Assembly: GCA_964016885.1 (NCBI GenBank)
Contig: OZ024740.1
Coordinates: 416,888,001-416,952,000, forward strand
Direction: 5' to 3'
Length of the DNA stretch: 64,000 nucleotides
Source: Eledone cirrhosa
Taxonomy: Eukaryota
Both the position numbers and the translations under genes were made by a program. Under the pieces are notes generated by a model. That model was not told where the DNA came from, searched no databases, and worked only from the letters and a program-made list of their open reading frames with translations. This document shows, one piece after another, positions 61,250-64,000 of this stretch (the first letter of the stretch is position 1; the number at the start of each line of letters is the position of its first letter).

Positions 61250-64000
61250 ATGTGTTGGTGGTGTTGGTACAGTATAATTTGTTGTGATGTGTTGGTGGTG
61301 TTGGCACGGCATAGTTTGTTGTGATGTGTTGGTGGTGTTGGTACAGTATAGTTTATTGTGATGTGTTGGTGGTGTTGGCACAGTATAGTTTGTTGTGATG
61401 TGTTGGTGGTGTTGGTAGAGTATAGTTTGTTGTGATGAGTTGGTGGTGTTGGTAGAGTATAGTTCGTTGTGATGTGTTGGTGGTGTTGGTAGAGGATAGT
61501 TTGTTGTGATGTGTTGGTGGTGTTGACACAGTATAGTTTGTTGTGATGTGTTGGTGGTGTTCGTACAGTATAGTTTGTTGTGATGTGTTGGTGGTGTTGG
61601 TACAGTATAGTTTGTTGTGATGTGTTGGTGGTGTTGGTACAGTATAGTTTGTTGTGATGTGTTGGTGGTGTTGGCACAGTATAGTTTGTTGTGATCTGTT
61701 GGTGATGTTGGTAGAGTATAGTTTGTTGTGATGTGTCGGTGGTGTTGGTACATTATAGTTTGTTGTGATGTGTTGGTGGTGTTGGTAGAGTATAGTTTGT
61801 TGTGATGTGTTGGTGGTGTTGGTACATTATAGTTTGTTGTGATGTGTTGCTGGTGTTGATACAGTATAGTTTGTTGTGATGTGTTGGTGGTGTTGGTAGA
61901 GTATAGTTTATTGTGATGTGTTGGTGGTGTTGGCACAGTATAGTTTGTTGTGATGTGTTGGTGGTGTTGGTAGAGTATAGTTTGTTGTGATGTGTTGGTG
62001 GTGTTGGTAGAGTATAGTTTGTTGTGATGTGTTGGTGGTGTTGGTAGAATATAGTTTGTTGTGATGTGTTGGTGGTGTTTGCACAGTATAGTTTGTTGTG
62101 ATGTGTTGGTGGTGTTCGTAGAGTATAGTTTGTTGTGATGTGTTGGTGGTGTTGACACAGTATAGTTTGTTGTGATGTGTTGGTGGTGTTGGTACAGTAT
62201 AGTTTGTTGTGATGTGTTGGTGGTGTTGGGAGAGTATAGTTTGTTGTGATGTGTTGGTGGTGTTGGCACAGTATAGTTTGTTGTGATGTGTTGGTGGTGT
62301 TGGTAGAGTATAGTTTGTTGTGATGTGTTGGTGGTGTTGACACAGTATAGTTTGTTGTGATGTGTTGGTGGTGTTGGTAGAGTATAGTTTGTTGTGATGT
62401 GTTGGTAGTGTTGGTACAGTATAGTTTGTTGTGATGTGTTGGTGGTGTTGGTACAGTGTAGTTTGTGGTCATGTGTTGGTGGTGTTGGCACAGTATAGTT
62501 TGTTGTCATGTGTTGGTCGTGTTGGTACATTATAGGTTGTTGTGATGTGTTGGTATTGTTGATACAGTATAGTTTGTTGTGATGTGTTGGTGGTGTTGGC
62601 ACAGTATAGTTTGTTGTGATGTGGTGGTGGTGTTGGTAGTGTATAGTTTGTTGTGATGTGTTGGTGGTGTTGGTAGAGTATAGTTTGTTATGATGTGTTG
62701 GTGGTGTTGGTAGAGAATAGTTTGTTGTGATGTGTTGGTGGTGTTGGTAGAGTATAGTTTGTTGTGATGTGTTGGTGGTGTTGGCACAGTATAGTTTGTT
62801 GTGATGTGTTGGTGGTGTTGGTAGAGTATAGTTTGTTGTGATGTGTTGGTGGTGTTGGCACAGTATAGTTTGCTGTGATGTGTTGGTGGTGTTGGTAGAG
62901 TATAGTTTGTTATGATGTGTTGGTGGTGTTGGTAGAGTATAGTTTGTTGTGATGTGTTGGTGGTGTTGGTAGAGTATAGTTTGTTGTGATGTGTTGGCAC
63001 AGTAGATTTTGTTGTGATGTGTTGGTGGTGTTGGTAGAGTATAGTTTGTTGTGATGTGTTGGTGGTGTTGGCACAGTATAGTTTGTTGTGATGTGTTGGT
63101 GGTGTTGGCACAGTATAGTTTGTTGTGATGTGTTGGTGGTGTTGGTACAGTATAGTTTGTTGTGATGTGTTGGTGGTGTTGGTAGATTATAGTTTGTTGT
63201 GATGTGTTGGTGGTGTTGGCACAGTATAGTTTGTTGTGATGTGTTGGTGGTGTTGGTAGAGTATAGTTTGTTGTGATGTGTTGGTGGTGTTGGTAGAGTA
63301 TAGTTTGTTGTGATGTGTTGGTGGTGTTGGTACAGTATAGTTTGTTGTGATGTGTTGATGGTGTTGGTAGAGTATAGTTTGTTGTGATGTGTTGGTGGTG
63401 TTGGTACAGTATAGTTTGTTGTGATGTGTTGCTGGTGTTGATACAGTATAGTTTGTTGTGATGTGTTGGTGGTGTTGGTACAGTATAATTTGTTGTGATG
63501 TGTTGGTGGTGTTGGCACGGCATAGTTTGTTGTGATGTGTTGGTGGTGTTGGTACAGTATAGTTTATTGTGATGTGTTGGTGGTGTTGGCACAGTATAGT
63601 TTGTTGTGATGTGTTGGTGGTGTTGGTAGAGTATAGTTTGTTGTGATGAGTTGGTGGTGTTGGTAGAGTATAGTTTGTTGTGATGTGTTGGTGGTGTTGG
63701 TAGAGGATAGTTTGTTGTGATGTGTTGGTGGTGTTGACACAGTATAGTTTGTTGTGATGTGTTGGTGGTGTTCGTACAGTATAGTTTGTTGTGATGTGTT
63801 GGTGGTGTTGGTACAGTATAGTTTGTTGTGATGTGTTGGTGGTGTTGGTACAGTATAGTTTGTTGTCATGTGTTGGTGGTGTTGGCACAGTATAGTTTGT
63901 TGTGATGTGTTGGTGATGTTGGTAGAGTATAGTTTGTTGTGATGTGTCGGTGGTGTTGGTACATTATAGTTTGTTGTGATGTGTTGGTGGTGTTGGTAGA
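61250..64000. repeat. Diverged block repeat at offset 2211 bp (60 monomers), truncated by the window end
   Basis: The markers CACGGCATAG, GAGGATAG, TTCGTAC and GTCGGT occur in the same order at about 61305-61740 and 63516-63950. 2211 = 60x37-9. Confidence 0.75.

Larger units (their letters stand above)
1..64000. repeat. 37-bp tandem satellite/minisatellite array, about 1,730 monomers, single orientation, open at both window edges
   Basis: The monomer GTATAGTTTGTTGTGATGTGTTGGTGGTGTTGG(T/C)A(C/G)A recurs every 37 bp throughout, mostly with 0-2 substitutions and rare indels (-9, -3, -1, +1). The TACA form of the consensus has T17 G14 A5 C1 on the + strand. Translations show a 37-aa period (111 bp = 3 monomers), as expected for a 37-bp unit. 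Confidence 0.99.

Noticed and set aside
609-63888. All minus-strand ORFs (62-1239 aa) as genes
   Set aside because: They overlap in all three frames with the same peptide, many begin at GTG codons within the repeat, none has a unique domain or signal peptide, and stops have been freely amplified. They are an artefact of a stop-free monomer strand.
1-64000. CRISPR array (37 bp is a typical repeat length)
   Set aside because: The monomers are directly adjacent with no unique spacers, no palindromic stem, no leader and no cas genes.
1-64000. TATA-like and transcription-factor-like motifs (TATAG, TTTGTT, TGTGGT) as promoters or enhancers
   Set aside because: They are short low-complexity matches with no gene nearby and no supporting evidence.
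1-64000. Embedded transposon, inversion, or tRNA/rRNA
   Set aside because: I saw no departure from the monomer longer than a few bases and no C/A-rich reverse-orientation segment on the + strand.
1-64000. Rolling-circle or sequencing concatemer artefact of a single small template
   Set aside because: The variants are shared hierarchically in ordered blocks with private differences, which fits evolutionary history and not random read error. Local misassembly still cannot be excluded.

Overview
The whole 64 kb window is one uninterrupted head-to-tail tandem array of a 37-bp monomer, about 1,730 copies. The + strand consensus is GTATAGTTTGTTGTGATGTGTTGGTGGTGTTGG(T/C)A(C/G)A. I saw no unique sequence, inversion, transposon, RNA gene, CRISPR spacer or credible protein-coding gene. 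Every ORF in the track is on the minus strand and is a by-product of the monomer lacking stop codons on that strand. What information there is lies in the order of variant monomers: a three-state variant code, diagnostic rare variants, nested block duplications of about 3 to 130 monomers, a change of variant set near 23 kb, and a less duplicated, possibly older layer after about 60.3 kb. This looks like a eukaryotic satellite or giant minisatellite with irregular higher-order structure. Host, chromosomal position and function cannot be determined from this window, and I cannot support a claim of a novel gene system. Block boundaries were read by eye and are approximate to about one monomer.
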